Positions 31,080 to 47,211 of a stretch of DNA of 64,000 nt are shown here, piece by piece; positions within the stretch are counted from its first letter, which is position 1; each line of letters starts with the position of its first letter. The stretch is from the human T2T-CHM13v2.0 reference genome, Homo sapiens, in NCBI RefSeq assembly GCF_009914755.1, contig NC_060929.1; one strand, 5' to 3'. The position numbers and the translations under genes were made by a program. A model generated the notes under the pieces. The model did not search any database. It worked only from the letters and a program-made list of their open reading frames with translations, and had not been told where the DNA came from.

Positions 31080-31830
31080 GCCATTGACCAGTTAAAAGAG
31101 AATGATAAAATGTGAAACCAAGTCCAGCTCTGTTAAAATGTTGGCTTTAATGGAAAAAGTTAATGAAATGAAAAGAGCTTGTTTTATTCATTTGTCCTCA
31201 CTGCATTTATCTACAGTAATCTCATCATTTCCCTTGGGGAGCTCTGCACAGAAGCTACCAGTAAAGACATGCACCTTCAGTTTTCCTAACTTTGCATGAC
31301 CAAACTAATTTTGTTTTTCTTCAGTGTGGTATTTATTTACAGAAACTTTCCCATTTACTGAAAACATTAAAGACTTTGACTCAAACTTGGAAAACTAGTA
31401 AACATCATTTAGCAGCAATGAACCTGTCAACACATGGAAATAAGGTTTACAGTCATGCAAATGTCCATTTAACTTTGTTTGAGCCAAACAAATATAACAG
31501 TAAACTAATTAGACTGGCTTACATCCCCGTAGACAGTGAAACCAATTATTTCTTAAAGAAGGGTTTGCTTGTTTTTACTCTAGGGCAAAGGTGCATAACT
31601 TCTTGTAATACTCCTGAATAGTTCTTCAAATCAGGACAGATAAAGTTGGCAACTGATGGAATAGCTACCTTGATGTGCAAATGGTTGGGTCTTTAATTAG
31701 GTTCATTTATATAATTGAGAAAGAAGCCAGGGAATGCATTTGTGCAAGGATGATTTTAAAAGAAGAGGGATGGTCTGCCTTTTAATTCTGTATGGGAGGA
31801 AAATTCATAAAAAACTGAAAAAAAAAAAAA
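31080..31830. promoter_or_regulatory. Candidate conserved non-coding element / enhancer
   Basis: Repeat-free AT-rich block with octamer ATGCAAAT (31455), forkhead GTAAACA (31398), TAATTA (31506, 31694), AGATAA (31638), CTGTCA (31424); conservation not testable here. Confidence 0.45.
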
Positions 31831-32612
31831 AGGCAAAACTGTTTTTTCTAACAATCTACTTACCACTAGCCATGGATTGCCTTTGTTACAGTTTGGATGG
31901 CTGATACATATTCGGAAGCCATCTCTCTGTTTTAATATGTTTGATGTCTATTACTAATGGGTCATTTTTGTCTCGAATTTAGTACCTGAAAGATTCAAGG
32001 TTTTTTAAAGTATTCAAAACCTCTAACTATTCCCTAAAGCTTTAATCTCTGAAACAGAGAAACTTCCTGATTAGAAAAACAGGCGCCTAGTTTGGCCTCC
32101 TGTAGCACTGAACTATGAGAGATATTGTCCAACATTTTTGGTGGTTTTTCTCTGTGTATATTGGATAAATTTTGGATGAGTGGGGCTAAAATTTTATTTT
32201 AGATTTTTAAAAAATTCATGTAATAGGATTCTACCATAAGTCTTACTTTATTTTTATATATACATGTGGGTTCTGATTATAAGTCTCTATAAACTACATG
32301 TTGAAAATTGTGAATATTCATTTCTATGTTTGCATAGTATGTACACGCTAGAAAATTTCTCAGAGTGACTGTGGCTCACATGAATCTTATGCTAAATGGG
32401 GATATGGTTAATTTGCCCTGGCATGTACAGAGTCCTAACTTCAGAAACACTTGTCTTTCTGGTATGGCCATATTAAGATAGCTACCAATCTCTGCACACA
32501 TCTTAGTCTAGCACATTTGAACATCCTTGTGTCTACCAGTTGAAGGTATGAAAATAAGCAAAGGTTACACTTCTTTCTGTGGTATCAGAAATGATGTAGA
32601 AATATAACTTTT

Positions 32613-32942
<330 letters not shown>

Positions 32943-33693
32943 TTAGTACTTCCATATGTTTGTTAGCATGGTAAGCGAAGATCCAGACTACAGTAGAATG
33001 TCTTCATAAATAAACTATGGTTGATTAGTTTGCCTGAATGTTTCACAGCGCCTGAAATAATTCTGTTTATGTGGATTCAGATGTGTTAGCCATTTCTTGC
33101 GGTCTTAGGAGAGCAGCAGAAACACTTAGATTCTTAGAACATGAAAACTGAGAGAGACTTACGTGTCCATTAGACTAACACACTCGTTTCATATTAACTG
33201 CATATCAAGAAGGTAAGTGACTCACAAAGCCTCAACTCAAACCCTGGCCATTTGACTCAGGTTATTGCTGCAAACACAGTACTGTTATTGTATCTGGAGT
33301 GCTCTAGTCCTTACAAAGTACTTTCCCTGCCAGAACTCTGCACTGTTGGTGCCTGGACCTTTAGTCTTTATCATTTTGTGCATAGGATAAGAATTATTTT
33401 TGTGTGCTGCCGTGTGTGTAATCCATGTTTGTTTAAAATACTAAGAACTTTTATTTTACATAAAACATTTCTTGGTTTATGTGCTTACTGTTGAGCTCAT
33501 GATCAACTGAAATTTTTAGCTCTTGGTTTGCAATAGAAACTGGAACTATCTGCTCCATACAGAGAAACAGATATTTTCACAATGCTTGCTAAAGCCTTAC
33601 GTGTTTAGGCCTAGTTCAAAATAAACTTTGTGAAGTTGTGAATGCATGGTGTCATGTGAATCATAGTAATTTATGAACATGTCAGTTGCAAGA

Positions 33694-34066
33694 TGTATTA
33701 GTTCATTTTCATGCTGCTGATAAAGATATACCTGAGACTGGGCAATTTACAAAAGAAAGGTTTAATTGGACTTACAGTTCCACATGGCTGGGGAATCCTC
33801 ACAATCATCACAGAAGGCAAGGAGGAGCACGTCCCGTCTTACATGGATGGCAGCAGTCAGAGAGAGAATGAGGAAGATGCAAAAACGGAAATGATAAAAA
33901 CATCAGATCTTGTGAGATTTATTCACTACCATGAGAACAGTATGGTGGAAACTGCCCCCATGATTCAGTTATCTCCCACCCGGTCCCTCCCACAACAATT
34001 ATGGGAGTTACGGCAGCTACAATTCAAGATATGATTTGGGTGGGGACGCAGAGCCAAACCATATCA
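33694..34066 (-). mobile_element. THE1 (C-like) solo LTR
   Basis: TGTATTAG...AGCCAAACCATATCA; perfect TSD CAAGA. Confidence 0.95.
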
Positions 34067-34299
34067 CAAGAAAACATTGTTTTGTAAATAGTAGGTTGTT
34101 ATAATAAAGACAAAAGGGAACTAGAAACCCTAGATGATGAATATCTAATAGCCATGTATAATTTGAAAAAAAAAATACAGCTAATGAATGAGAATTTTAA
34201 TTAGGAAATGGTCATCTGCCTCATCAAACTCATTTTATATAAAATGATTAATTTATTAATATAAATCAATCTGGAAATGACTTATGTAAATTGTAGCCT

Positions 34300-35253
<954 letters not shown>

Positions 35254-35274
35254 ATGTAATGGACATTTAAAATA

Positions 35275-35721
35275 TTTGCTGACTAGGGAGCAACTTTTGA
35301 ATCCCTTCATATGCTTGGAGAATTCTCCACTTTATAAATTCTGCCTAAGGTGGAAGCCGGAAATCCACTTTATGAGCCTCTGTGACTTTGGCCCCAAGAT
35401 TAAGATGTACCTTGTAAACTTTGATTCAGGAAAGAGTGATGAGAACTAGGAGGTGCTTTATGGAATTAATTTTGTTGAGGGTGGCAGAAAAGCATACAGC
35501 TGTGGGAATCAGCAATGGAATGACACTGGGGGTTTGGAAGGAGTACAGTGTCCTGTGGAACAAGATGCATCAGAGTAGGAATATTTTCTCCAGCTTTAGA
35601 TCCAGAGAGCAACTGAGTGCTTCTCCTTGAAACTTTTGCCATCTAATACTCTTTAATACATTTATTTTTTGCTTAAACTAGTAGGAATTAGTTGTGTTTG
35701 AAACTAAGAATTTTGACTGAA
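35275..35721 (+). mobile_element. LTR33-like ERVL LTR remnant
   Basis: Ends TTTTGCTTAAACTAG..GTGTTTGAAACTAAGAATTTTGACTGA. Confidence 0.45.
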
Positions 35722-36546
35722 TGATATGGTTTGGCTGTGTCCCCACCAAATCTCATCTTGAATTGTAGTTCCCATTATCCCCACTTTTCGTGGGAGGGAC
35801 CAGGTGGACATAATTGAATCGTGAGGGCAGTTTCCCCCATCGTGTTCTCATGATAGTGAGTTCTTGGGAGATCTGATGGTTTTATAAGGGGCTTCACCCT
35901 TTGTAGCAGGAGGAGCTGCAGACAAGAACCCCTCAGACACTGAGTTGTAGAAGGAAAGGCTTTATTCAGCTGGGAGCATCGGGAGACTCATGTCTCCAGA
36001 AACCGAGCTCCCTGAGTGAGCAACTCCTGTCCTTTTTAAGGGCTTACAACTCTAAGGGGGTCCACTTGAGAGGGTTGTGATCGATTGAGCAAGCAGGGGG
36101 TATGTGACTGGGGGCTGCATGCACCGGTAATCAGAACGGAACAGAACAGGACAGGGATTTTCACGATGCTTTTCCATACAATGTCTGAAATCTATAGATA
36201 ACACAAGGAGTTAGGTCAGGGGTTGATTTTTAACTACCAGGCCCAGGGCACGGTGCTGGGCTGTCTGCCTGTGGATTCCATTTCTGCCTTTTGGTCTTTA
36301 CTTCTTTTTTTGGAGGCAGAAATTGGGCATAAGACAATATGAGGGGTGGTTTCCTCCCCTACCTTCACTGGGACTTCTTGCCACTGCCATGTGAAGGAAA
36401 TGTTTGCTTCCCCGTCCATCCTGACTTTTAAGTTTCCTGAGGCTTCCCAAGTCATGCTGAAGTGTGAATCAGTTAAACCTCTTTCCTTTATAAATTACAC
36501 AGTCTCGGATATGTGTTTATTAGCAGTGGGAGAACGGACTGATACA
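35722..36546 (+). mobile_element. THE1B-like solo LTR, interrupted by LTR2
   Basis: TGATATGGTTTGGCTGTGTCCCCACC...ACGGACTGATACA; TSD CTGAA/CTGAG. Confidence 0.92.
35902..36361 (-). mobile_element. LTR2 (HERV-E/Harlequin) solo LTR
   Basis: Minus strand reads TAGGGGAGGAAACCACCCCTCATATTGTCTTATGCCCAATTTCTGCCTCC...CTCCTGCTACA, 460 bp; 4-bp TSD CCTT at 35898-35901 and 36362-36365. Confidence 0.92.
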
Positions 36547-37769
36547 CTGAGTTACCCTTATAAAAAGTTAAATGGCAAATTATTAACTGGGAGAAGATAA
36601 TTATAATCCAAATAACAAACAGTGAAAACAACTAAAGAAGAAAAAATATGCAAATGATCTAAACAGGCAATGCAGTGAAGGAAAAAAAAATGCAAGTAGA
36701 AAGCTACATAACCTCCCAGATAATTAGAAAAACAATAATTAAAAAAAAGTTTTAACAAAGTTGCTGAAACTAAAAATATCATTAGTTTCAGGGCTTGTGT
36801 GAAGGTAGGAAAATAACTGGTCTTACAGTGTGTTGGTGGACATGTACAGGCTTAGGGCCCTGTGACCTGATAATACTCTACAATTAAAACGTGACTATTC
36901 ATTGATTTATTAGTTTCATTCATAAGGACTTATCTAAAAAATAAAAACAAAAACATGGGGATTTAAAGATACACAAATGCATCCACACATAAATACAAAC
37001 AAGGATATTTATCACAGCCCTCTCTGGAATAGAAAACATCTGGAAACAACTCAAGTGACCATCAGAAGGAGAATGATGGTGTAAGGAGTATAATGCCCAC
37101 GGTTGAATTCTAAAGCACTGTTAAAATAGGGCTGTCTGTATCAGCTTTAAAGTATTTTCTAGATATATTATTAAAGGAAAACATCCAATGACAATGTCGT
37201 CACCATATAAAAGATTATATGTATAATCTAAGCAAAGTTAATATTATAGAAGATATACACCAAATTGCTAATAGTGCTTATATTGTGGAGGAGAGATTGA
37301 ATGTGGGAGGGAGAAACTATAAACTTTATTTCAGATATTTCTTTATCGTTTACATTTGGCACTTTTACTTTTGTAAACCAAATGACTATGAAAAATGCAT
37401 GATAGTGAATTCCATACCACCATCACAGTTTCATCTAACAGCTTGTTATTTGTAACATGGAGAGGTCTGCTTATTCACTTTATTTTTCCTGCTTTAACTC
37501 CTTGAGGAGTGAGCCACATTTCCATCAGCAACGGTGTCCCCTTTAGGCAGGGATACTCACTCCTAGGCCAGCTCTGGTAGAAACATCTTGATTCTTCCCA
37601 CTCCCATGCCCTCTGTAAGTTTCCTGCTTCTTTCTCAGTTTTGACTTTTTCTCAGAGAAAGTGGATACTTATCATTAACAATCACTGAAGCAGCTCAAAG
37701 TTCAGTTGTAAAAGAGAAATCTCTTGGGAGAAAAAAAGGCCCCCACTCTAGCTTCATTGTAAATTTTCT

Positions 37770-38056
<287 letters not shown>

Positions 38057-38589
38057 CATTGTAGATTTTCTAAAGCATGTATAACTTCCAATTTATCTCT
38101 CCAGACTCCCACTTAATCATAAGAAGGCATATAAGTTCATTGTTAATTTAATGTTATTACTACCTACATATTAGCATGAGGTTATATTTATGACATAGCC
38201 AAGGTGGGCTGTTAAGATGATGTATGTTCACTTGATAGTACACCGAGGTCCTTCCAGTAATCTAACCACGTGGCCCATTTTGTAGAACTTGGAGTGTAAT
38301 CTAACTATTTTTTTTTATGATTCTGGTCCCTCTTCTTTTGTTTTTGCAGCATTTCCTATGACACATTGTGGCTTTGTCTAAGATTGAGCATCTTGCTTTT
38401 GTCACTTCAAATTCCTTTCAAGGAATTCACCATTCCAAGGTGAACCACCTGTATTTTCTTGAAGCTGCTAGACAGTCCATGTAATTTTTCCATATATCTG
38501 ACTGTTAGGAAGCAGTCTTTTATATTGAGAAAGTCATTCATTTATTTCTACTTTTTTTTGTTGGCTTTAGGATGACACAAATTCAAATT

Positions 38590-38941
38590 CAAATTATAAA
38601 TGTTTATTTCTAGTGTATAGAAACACAGTTGAATTTTATGGGTTGACTTGGATCCTGTGTCCATGGTAAAGTAATTTATTAGTTCTAATAGGTTTTTTTG
38701 TCAGTTCTTTGAGATTTTCTATGTAGATGATCATGTCATCTGCAAATAAAAACATTTTTAGTTCTTCCGTTCTAAGTTGTATCTTGTTTTTTTTGCTTTT
38801 CCTTATGGTTAGCTAAAACTTCTGTGTAATATTGACTAGAAGTAGTGACAGCATACATCCTTTCCTTGTTCCCAATTTCAGGAAGCAAAGCATTGTCTTC
38901 AAATAATATATAGTTAGTTATAAGTTTTTTGATAGATATTC
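38590..38941 (-). mobile_element. Old L1M ORF2 fragment
   Basis: GATCATGTCATCTGCAAATAAA, CATCCTTTCCTTGTTCC. Confidence 0.75.
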
Positions 38942-41172
38942 TTTTATTTATTTATTTAATGATATTTAAGTTTGAAGTTACATGTGAAGGTTTGTTACAT
39001 AGGCAAGCTCATGGGGTTTGTTGTACAGATTATTTTATCACACATGTGTGAAACCCAGTACCCAGTAGTTATATTTTCTGCTCCTCTCCCTCCTCCCAAC
39101 CTTCACCTTCAAATAGGTCCAAGCTTTGTGTTCATAAATCCTCATTATTTAGCTCCCACTAGAAGTCAGAGCATACAGTATTTGGATTTCTGTTCCTTCA
39201 TTAGTTTGCTAAGGATATATTATGCCTCCACCTCCATCCATGTTTCCACAAAAGACATGATCCTGTTCTTTTTATGGCTGCATAATATTCCATGGTGTAT
39301 ATGTACCACGTTTTCTTTTGCCAGTTTGTCATTGATGGGCATTTAGGTTGATTCCATTTCATTGCTATCAGAATAGTGCTGCAATGAACATTTGCATGCA
39401 TGTATCTTTATGCTAGAATGATTTATATTCCTGTGGGTACAAAGCCAGTAAAGGGATTGCTGGGTTGAATGGTAGTTCTGCTTTTAGGAATCGCCATATT
39501 GCTTTCCTTAATGGTTGAAATAATTTACACTCCCACCCCAACAGTGTATAAGTGTTCCCTTTTCTCTGCAACCTCACCAGCATCTGTTAATTGGTGTGAG
39601 ATGGTATCTCATTTTGGTTTTTGATTTGCATTTCTCTAATGATCAGTGATATTGTGCTTTTTGTCTATGTGTTTATCAGCTGCATGTATGTCTTCTTTTG
39701 AAAAGTGTCCGTTCATGTTCTTTGCCCAATTTTAAATTTAAAGGGTTTGTTTGTTTTTCTCCTATAAGTGTGTTTAAGTTCCTTATAGATGCTGGATATT
39801 ATACCTTTGTCAGATGCATAGTTTTCAAATATTTTCTCCCATTCTGTAGGTTGTCTGTTTACTCTGTTGATAGTTTCTTTTTCTGTGCAGAAGCTCTAAA
39901 GTTTAATTAGATTCCACTTTTCAATTTTTGCTATTGTTGATATTTTAGTGTCTTTGTCATTAAATTTTTGCTTGTTCCTATGTCCAGAATAGTATTGCCT
40001 AGATTGTCTTCCAGGGTTTTTACAGTTTTGGGCTTTACATTGAAGTCTTTAATTCATCTTGAATTCATTTTTGTATATGGTGTCCAGGAGGAGACCAGCT
40101 TCAATCTTCTGCATGTGGCTAGCCAGTTATCCCAGCACCATTTATTGAATGTGGAGTCTTTTCCCTATTGTTTGTTTTTGTCAGCTTTGTCAAAGATCAG
40201 ATGGTCATACGTGTGTGACCTTATTTCTGGGCTCTCTATGCTGTTCCATTGGTCTGTGTGTCTGTTTTTGCACCAGTACCATGCTGTTTTGGTTACTGTA
40301 ATCCTGTAGTATAGTTTGAAGTCAGTAACGTTATGCCTCTTGGTTTGTTCCTTTTGCTTAGGATTGCCTTGGCTATTTGGGCTCTTTTTTTGGTTTCATG
40401 TGAATTTTAAAATCGTTTTTTCTAGTTGTGTGAAGAATGTTTTTGGTAGTTTGATATGAATAGCATTGAATCTGTAAATTGGTTTGGGCTGCATGGCCAT
40501 TTTAATGATATTGATTCTTCCTATTCATGAGCATGGGATGTTTTTCCATTTGTTTGTGTCTTCTCTAATTTCTTTGAGCAGTGTTTTGTAATTCTCATTG
40601 TAGAGATCTTTCGCCTCTCTGATTAGCTGTATGCCTAGCTATTTTATTCTTTTTGTGGCAATCATGAATGGGATTGCTTTTCTGATTTGGCTCTTGGCTT
40701 GGCTGTTGTGGGTGTATAGGAATGCTAGTGATTTTTGTACATACATTTTGTATCCTGAACTTTACTGAAGTTTTTATCAGCTGAAGAAGCTTTGGGGCAA
40801 GTTTTCAAGGGGAATGCTTCCTACTTTTGCCCATTCAGTATAATGCTGTCTGCAGGTTTGTCATAGATGGCTCTTATTATTTTGAGGTATATTCCTTCGA
40901 TGCCTCATTTATTGAGAGGTTTTAATATGAGGTCTATTGAATTTTATCAAAAGCCATTACCCTGTCTATTGAGATAATGATGTGGGTTTTGTCTTTAGTT
41001 CTGTGTATGTGATGAATCACATTTATTTGTTTGCATATGTTGAACCAACCTGGCCTCCTGGGATGAAGCCTACTTTATCGTGGTGGATTAGCTTTTTTAT
41101 GTGCTGCTGGATTTGGTTTGCAAGTATTTTGTTGAGGGTTTTTGCATCAATGTTTATCAGAATATTTGCCTG
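38942..41172 (-). mobile_element. L1PA13-15-like, 5'-truncated (~2.2 kb), with internal deletions
   Basis: 3'UTR at ~38942-39270 then ORF2 (ORF 39201-39401 WNQPKCPS..WYIYTMEYYAAIK); deletion junction near 40797. Confidence 0.92.
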
Positions 41173-42480
<1,308 letters not shown>

Positions 42481-43321
42481 CTTAGTGCCTTAAGCCTTAT
42501 GCTTTTAATAAAAGAGAGATTCAGGGAAATGGGTGATGATTCATGCTTGCTCCCAGCAGTAGCTATCATTTCTTGAATACCAGCACCACTGAAATAGGTT
42601 CTATCATTCTCCTTCCATACCCCCCAATTTTTACCATGAGCCCCTGGGGGAGGCCAGTGAAAAAGCTTACTAATGAGTGAAACTCTTCCTGTCTCCTGGA
42701 CCTTTAGCTTTGTAAACTAACCCTCTAGTCCAAACTTGGTCTTTAAAAAACCATGACATTTTACGTGATTTCTCTCTACCTATCTATACGGTGGCCACTT
42801 CTTCCTCCTGTGATCTGCCAAAGTTAAAAGGATTCTTGTCTCCTGTCTCTCCTTGGAATTCAGTTTAGGTTGCTTTATGAGTTCAGTTCTTAGATGGGGT
42901 TTACAATTTCTTGGCTTTCTCTCATCACCAAAGTGGGAACACTTGCAACTTTCTACACCCTAAATTGTTATGACTTTGAAGTTGTTTACCATCTAGATGC
43001 AGTTTTATGAACAGACTACGATTTGTTTATAGCCCATTTAAATTAGCCCAAAATAAAAATAATCCTTCAGATGAACAGAGTAGAGTAGTTCATATCCACA
43101 GCTATATACCTGTCAGTGTGAATTCAACTTTTACTGGGTCTCAGGAATTATTAGATCATAATGTATTTGCGCTCAAAGTATCTGCCAAGTCATTTTTACA
43201 TATTCCATCATTGCTAAGCCATTTGTTCCCAACCTTGCACTTTGGGTTGCTTTTTTAATCCCCTGAGCAAAGTTTTATATCATTTTAAATGATAGTTTTA
43301 GAACTATGTAATCTTTTTATC

Positions 43322-43400
43322 TCAGGATCTGTATCTATATAAAGTGAACTATAGAATCAGGATCTATATCTATACAAAGAGAATAATATAATCAGGATCT
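43322..43400. repeat. Imperfect 35-bp tandem duplication (~2.3 units starting TCAGGATCT)
   Basis: Units start at 43322, 43357 and 43392. Confidence 0.8.
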
Positions 43401-43649
43401 AGAGGATCCTAATCTGTCACTCAACAGAGTTGCTGTCCCTTCCATTAGTCATTGATAAAACTATTGAATAGGTCATGACTGAGTCCAGAGACCATTCTGC
43501 CCAAAATAGCTCCTCCTAAAGTTGGTATCGATTCATAAATTGATACATTTAACTTGATAAAATTCACTTAATTAATCTTGTTTTTATTATTATTTTTGGT
43601 TGTAATTCTGAGTTGTGTTTTTTGGAGGACCACATATATATTTTTAAAT

Positions 43650-43772
43650 GTTTATTATATTTTTATTATGGCAAAATACACATAGCATGAAATTTACTGT
43701 CTTAATTATGTTTAAGTGTGCAATTCAGTGGTAGTAAATACAGTCATAATGTGCAATCATCACCATCTATCT
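43650..43772 (-). mobile_element. L1MB-like 3' end
   Basis: AAAATACACATAGCATGAAATTTAC..TTTAAGTGTGCAATTCAGTGG..TGTGCAATCATCACCA. Confidence 0.75.
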
Positions 43773-45760
43773 GCACTATCTACTATATTTACAAACTATA
43801 TTTATTTCTGCAACAACTTTGTGCAAGAAGAAAATGGTGTCAGCTGTACATAGTAAAGCCATGCTAGCTATTAATGATCACTACTTCAACTTATAGACAC
43901 TTTCACACCATCCCTTAAGAATCCATAGTAATCTCTACAGTTTGGGGAGTGTACTTGCTCGTTTTTTGACAATCATATCATAACATTGTCTTATTCTTCT
44001 GGCATCATTCCCATTTTCCACAACTTTTCAAATGTTATTTTCAGTGATTTTAGGTAAACGTTCTATTGGTACTCCAGAACAATTTTAGCCTGAGGCAGAA
44101 AACTGGAACACACTTGGATCATATCACAGCTATTCTCTGACTTTCTTTATTCACTTTTGGATTTGCAATATTTACCTATTTTTGTTCCTCCGTTTTCAAA
44201 TGGTGGCTCATCTGCATTGTTAGAGAAAACAAAAAATAAAGTGAGATGGCTCTGTCTTTGTCATTTCTTATTATCTCTTGGCTCCAAGAAGAGCTTTTAG
44301 CCCTGCCTTGGTCTTAGTTGATCAATTATTAGTGTGACGTCAAGTTTTTATTTTAACAGCAGTAATCTTTTATAAGAGTTTTAAGTATTATAACCTTGTT
44401 TGTGGGATTACTATGTGGTGAAAATTGGAGACTTCCTGTACTTTAACTTTTTAAGAAATAAAAGAGAAACTTTATGGGGATATATTGATGGTAAATTGTA
44501 GTCACTAGTGCATAATATTGGAAGTTTAGAAAATGAATGGTATGTGCCAATAGCAATCCTAGGCTAACATTTCACATTCAAATTAATTGAAGCAGGCACA
44601 CTTTGATTTGGAGTATGTTCTTTTCTTTTTATGGTGATAATGCCTGCCAGAACTTTGGTCTCAAACTTAAGTTCATTTCTTTCAGGCCAGTTTCATCTGA
44701 TGGAATCAGCTTTACTGTCTGAAGTAGGCAGACAGTAGCAGGAAAGAAAACACCATCAAATAATAGTGTACTACCTGTGAGGCACTTCTTTCTAAAACTT
44801 TAACTTCTTACTTTTGGAAAAGACTTGAATGTCTTATTCCTGGAAAGGAATACTATGCTTGATAAACCTAAGAAGAGTTTCTGGGAAGTTAGGATGAGGA
44901 TCACCCTAAATTTGCACTGTGGAGTGTAAATTTCATTCAAATACCCGCCTATTTTGATTCTGTGTAAGAAAGTTGGTGGGCCAGTTCATTTTCTTTTGGC
45001 ATTATCTGTTTTTGGCAGGCCCAGCAGTATAGCTGCTAATTCTACTTTGACATAACACACATCCTTTATTTTCTTCTCCAAGCCTACTTCTCTTCTGTTC
45101 ATTCACCCTATCTTGTAGGCTTAAAATCTTGCTGGGTTTTCATTCTTCCCTCCTGTGTGCCAACATTCAGGTGATATCCAGTCCTGAGATGTGCTCCATA
45201 TTATTTTCTTTCTAGTCACTAGAAACTTTCGTTTGGGCCTTCATTTATTTTTGCTGGTATTAACCTTCAACTTGGATTCATATCTCTGCCCTGTAGTTGT
45301 GTGGCCTTGAATCACCTCTTTGATCCACTGTTTGTGCATCTTAGAAATGTTGACAGTAATATTACCTCTTCATAGGTTGCTGGAAGCGTTAAGTGAGCAC
45401 AGTATGCAGACTAGTAAAGATTCATTGTTTGTATCATTACCTCTGCCACCATAACTACTACAATTGCCAACACCTTGCCACCCCATACTGCAGATCCAAC
45501 CTGATGAGCCATCTAATCCAGCAGGGGCTCTAATCAGCCTCGAAAACTGATTCTAACTCCTTAGTTAGGCACAAATGCCCTTCTCACTCTCAGCTCCACT
45601 GACAGCCACATCCCTGACTACATTGAACTGTTCCCTATGTCTGTATCTTTGCATTGTTAACTGAAAAATCCTATACTGACCAGCTTCTACGTTTTTCCTC
45701 AAGATCATGTCAAAACCTCTATTAGCTTCCTAGTATCCATTCCTCCTACTCCTTTATATT

Positions 45761-45766
<6 letters not shown>

Positions 45767-45810
<44 letters not shown>
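45767..45810. repeat. (TG)n microsatellite
   Basis: Direct reading. Confidence 0.95.
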
Positions 45811-45816
<6 letters not shown>

Positions 45817-46195
45817 TGGCTCTTGTTTTCCTGGAATAAAGAATACATTTCCTAGAAGCTGGGTATGGCCATTTGACTAAATTGTGTCCAGTGTTAATAA
45901 GTGGATGCTGTGCATGTGCCTTCTGGAAAATGTCATTAGATGGAGGGAGCATGCCCATTTTTCCTTATTCTCCTCATTTTGACTGATGGCTGGATCTTGA
46001 GCAGCCACCTTGGACCATGAAGTGGAAGGCCATATTTTGAACACAGCAGTACAGCAAGATAGAAAGAACTTGGATCTCCATTTGCCCTGGCCTGCTAACC
46101 TCCAGGCTTTTTATATGAGGAAAAGTAAAACTCATCAAGTTTATAATGTTATTTTGGATTTCTGCTAGGTGCAGCAGAACTCAGTTCTAACTTAT
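45811..46195 (+). mobile_element. MLT1J/K-like LTR
   Basis: GCAGCCACCTTGGACCATGA..GCAAGATAGAAAGAACTTGGATC. Confidence 0.65.
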
Positions 46196-46289
46196 GTAAA
46201 GACCTAGGTCAGGAGGTATCCTTCATCTCTGCTCCCAACATAATTTGTATACTATGAAATTATATTTCTTGTCAAATTACATGTCTGCA

Positions 46290-46420
46290 TTTTAGTTTTT
46301 CCATTTGTAAAATGAGGATGAAAAATGAAAGCCTCTATCTGAGGACTGTTACCATGAGTAAATGAGATAATACATATACAATGCTTAGAGTGAGGGATCA
46401 ATAAATATATGGCCTTATTG
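46290..46420 (+). mobile_element. MIR 3' part
   Basis: TTTCCATTTGTAAAATGAGGAT..TAAATGAGATAATACAT..TGCTTAG. Confidence 0.7.
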
Positions 46421-46754
46421 TTTCTGCTGCTGCTGCTGCTGTTAGTACTCCTGTGTCACACATTGTACAGTGAGTGCTTCAAAATCCAGGTCTCTGTGTT
46501 ACTCATCTTTGTGTTCCTTCCCAGTGTTCACGCTCGAATTTGACATATTGAGCAGATGGTAACTAATTGTAGCCTATCAATAATTTTTTTTAAAAAAAGG
46601 AATGGAACTTTTCAAAAGCATCCAAGTGTAGAATGTTTTCTTATTGAGGTATGATTGACCTACTAAAAGGTGTACATACTTAATGTATACACCTCGGTGA
46701 GTTTGAAGATAAGTTCAGGAATTTTAAGCACCAAGAAAATGCGCTTCTCAGACT

Positions 46755-47148
46755 CTTACTGAGGGGGAATAATTGACTGATGGCCCCAGTTGCTGTGCTC
46801 TGACCCAACAGTGCATTTATCCCAGAGTTGTGCTGAGCGTGGCCAATGATTGATCATGGAGGAGACACTAGCGTGGGATGCAGGACTGCTCTTACATACG
46901 TTTTTAGGCTCTGTGACTCTTCATTGGCTTTGCCAAAACTCTCTTAGAACTACACTCCTCCTACCTTCCTTTCTCCCACCTCTCCACCACAGGGATCAGC
47001 CCTGCATCTTGTTCTGACAACTCTCTGTCCTCTGCAGCTCCTTCCGTATTCTTCCTAACAGGTATCACCCGTGCTCCCTCCCACCCATAAGTTACTTGAA
47101 CATCTAATCCTGTCACGGTAAGTTTCTCAGAGGACACAAACTAACACA
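46755..47148 (+). mobile_element. LTR16-like ERVL LTR remnant
   Basis: GATGGCCCCAGTTGCTG..GCCAATGA..CATCTAATCCTGTC..CTCAGAGGACACAAACTAACACA. Confidence 0.65.
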
Positions 47149-47211
47149 TACAATGATCATTATTAATGTTAATGTGGATTAATACAGGAACCCTCTTTAC
47201 AGGAACTTGAA

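Noticed and set aside
31292-31621. 109-aa ORF in the candidate enhancer
   Set aside because: Non-ATG start, no homology recognised, no exon boundaries
39968-40309. Hydrophobic ORFs on + strand
   Set aside because: Antisense translations of L1 ORF2
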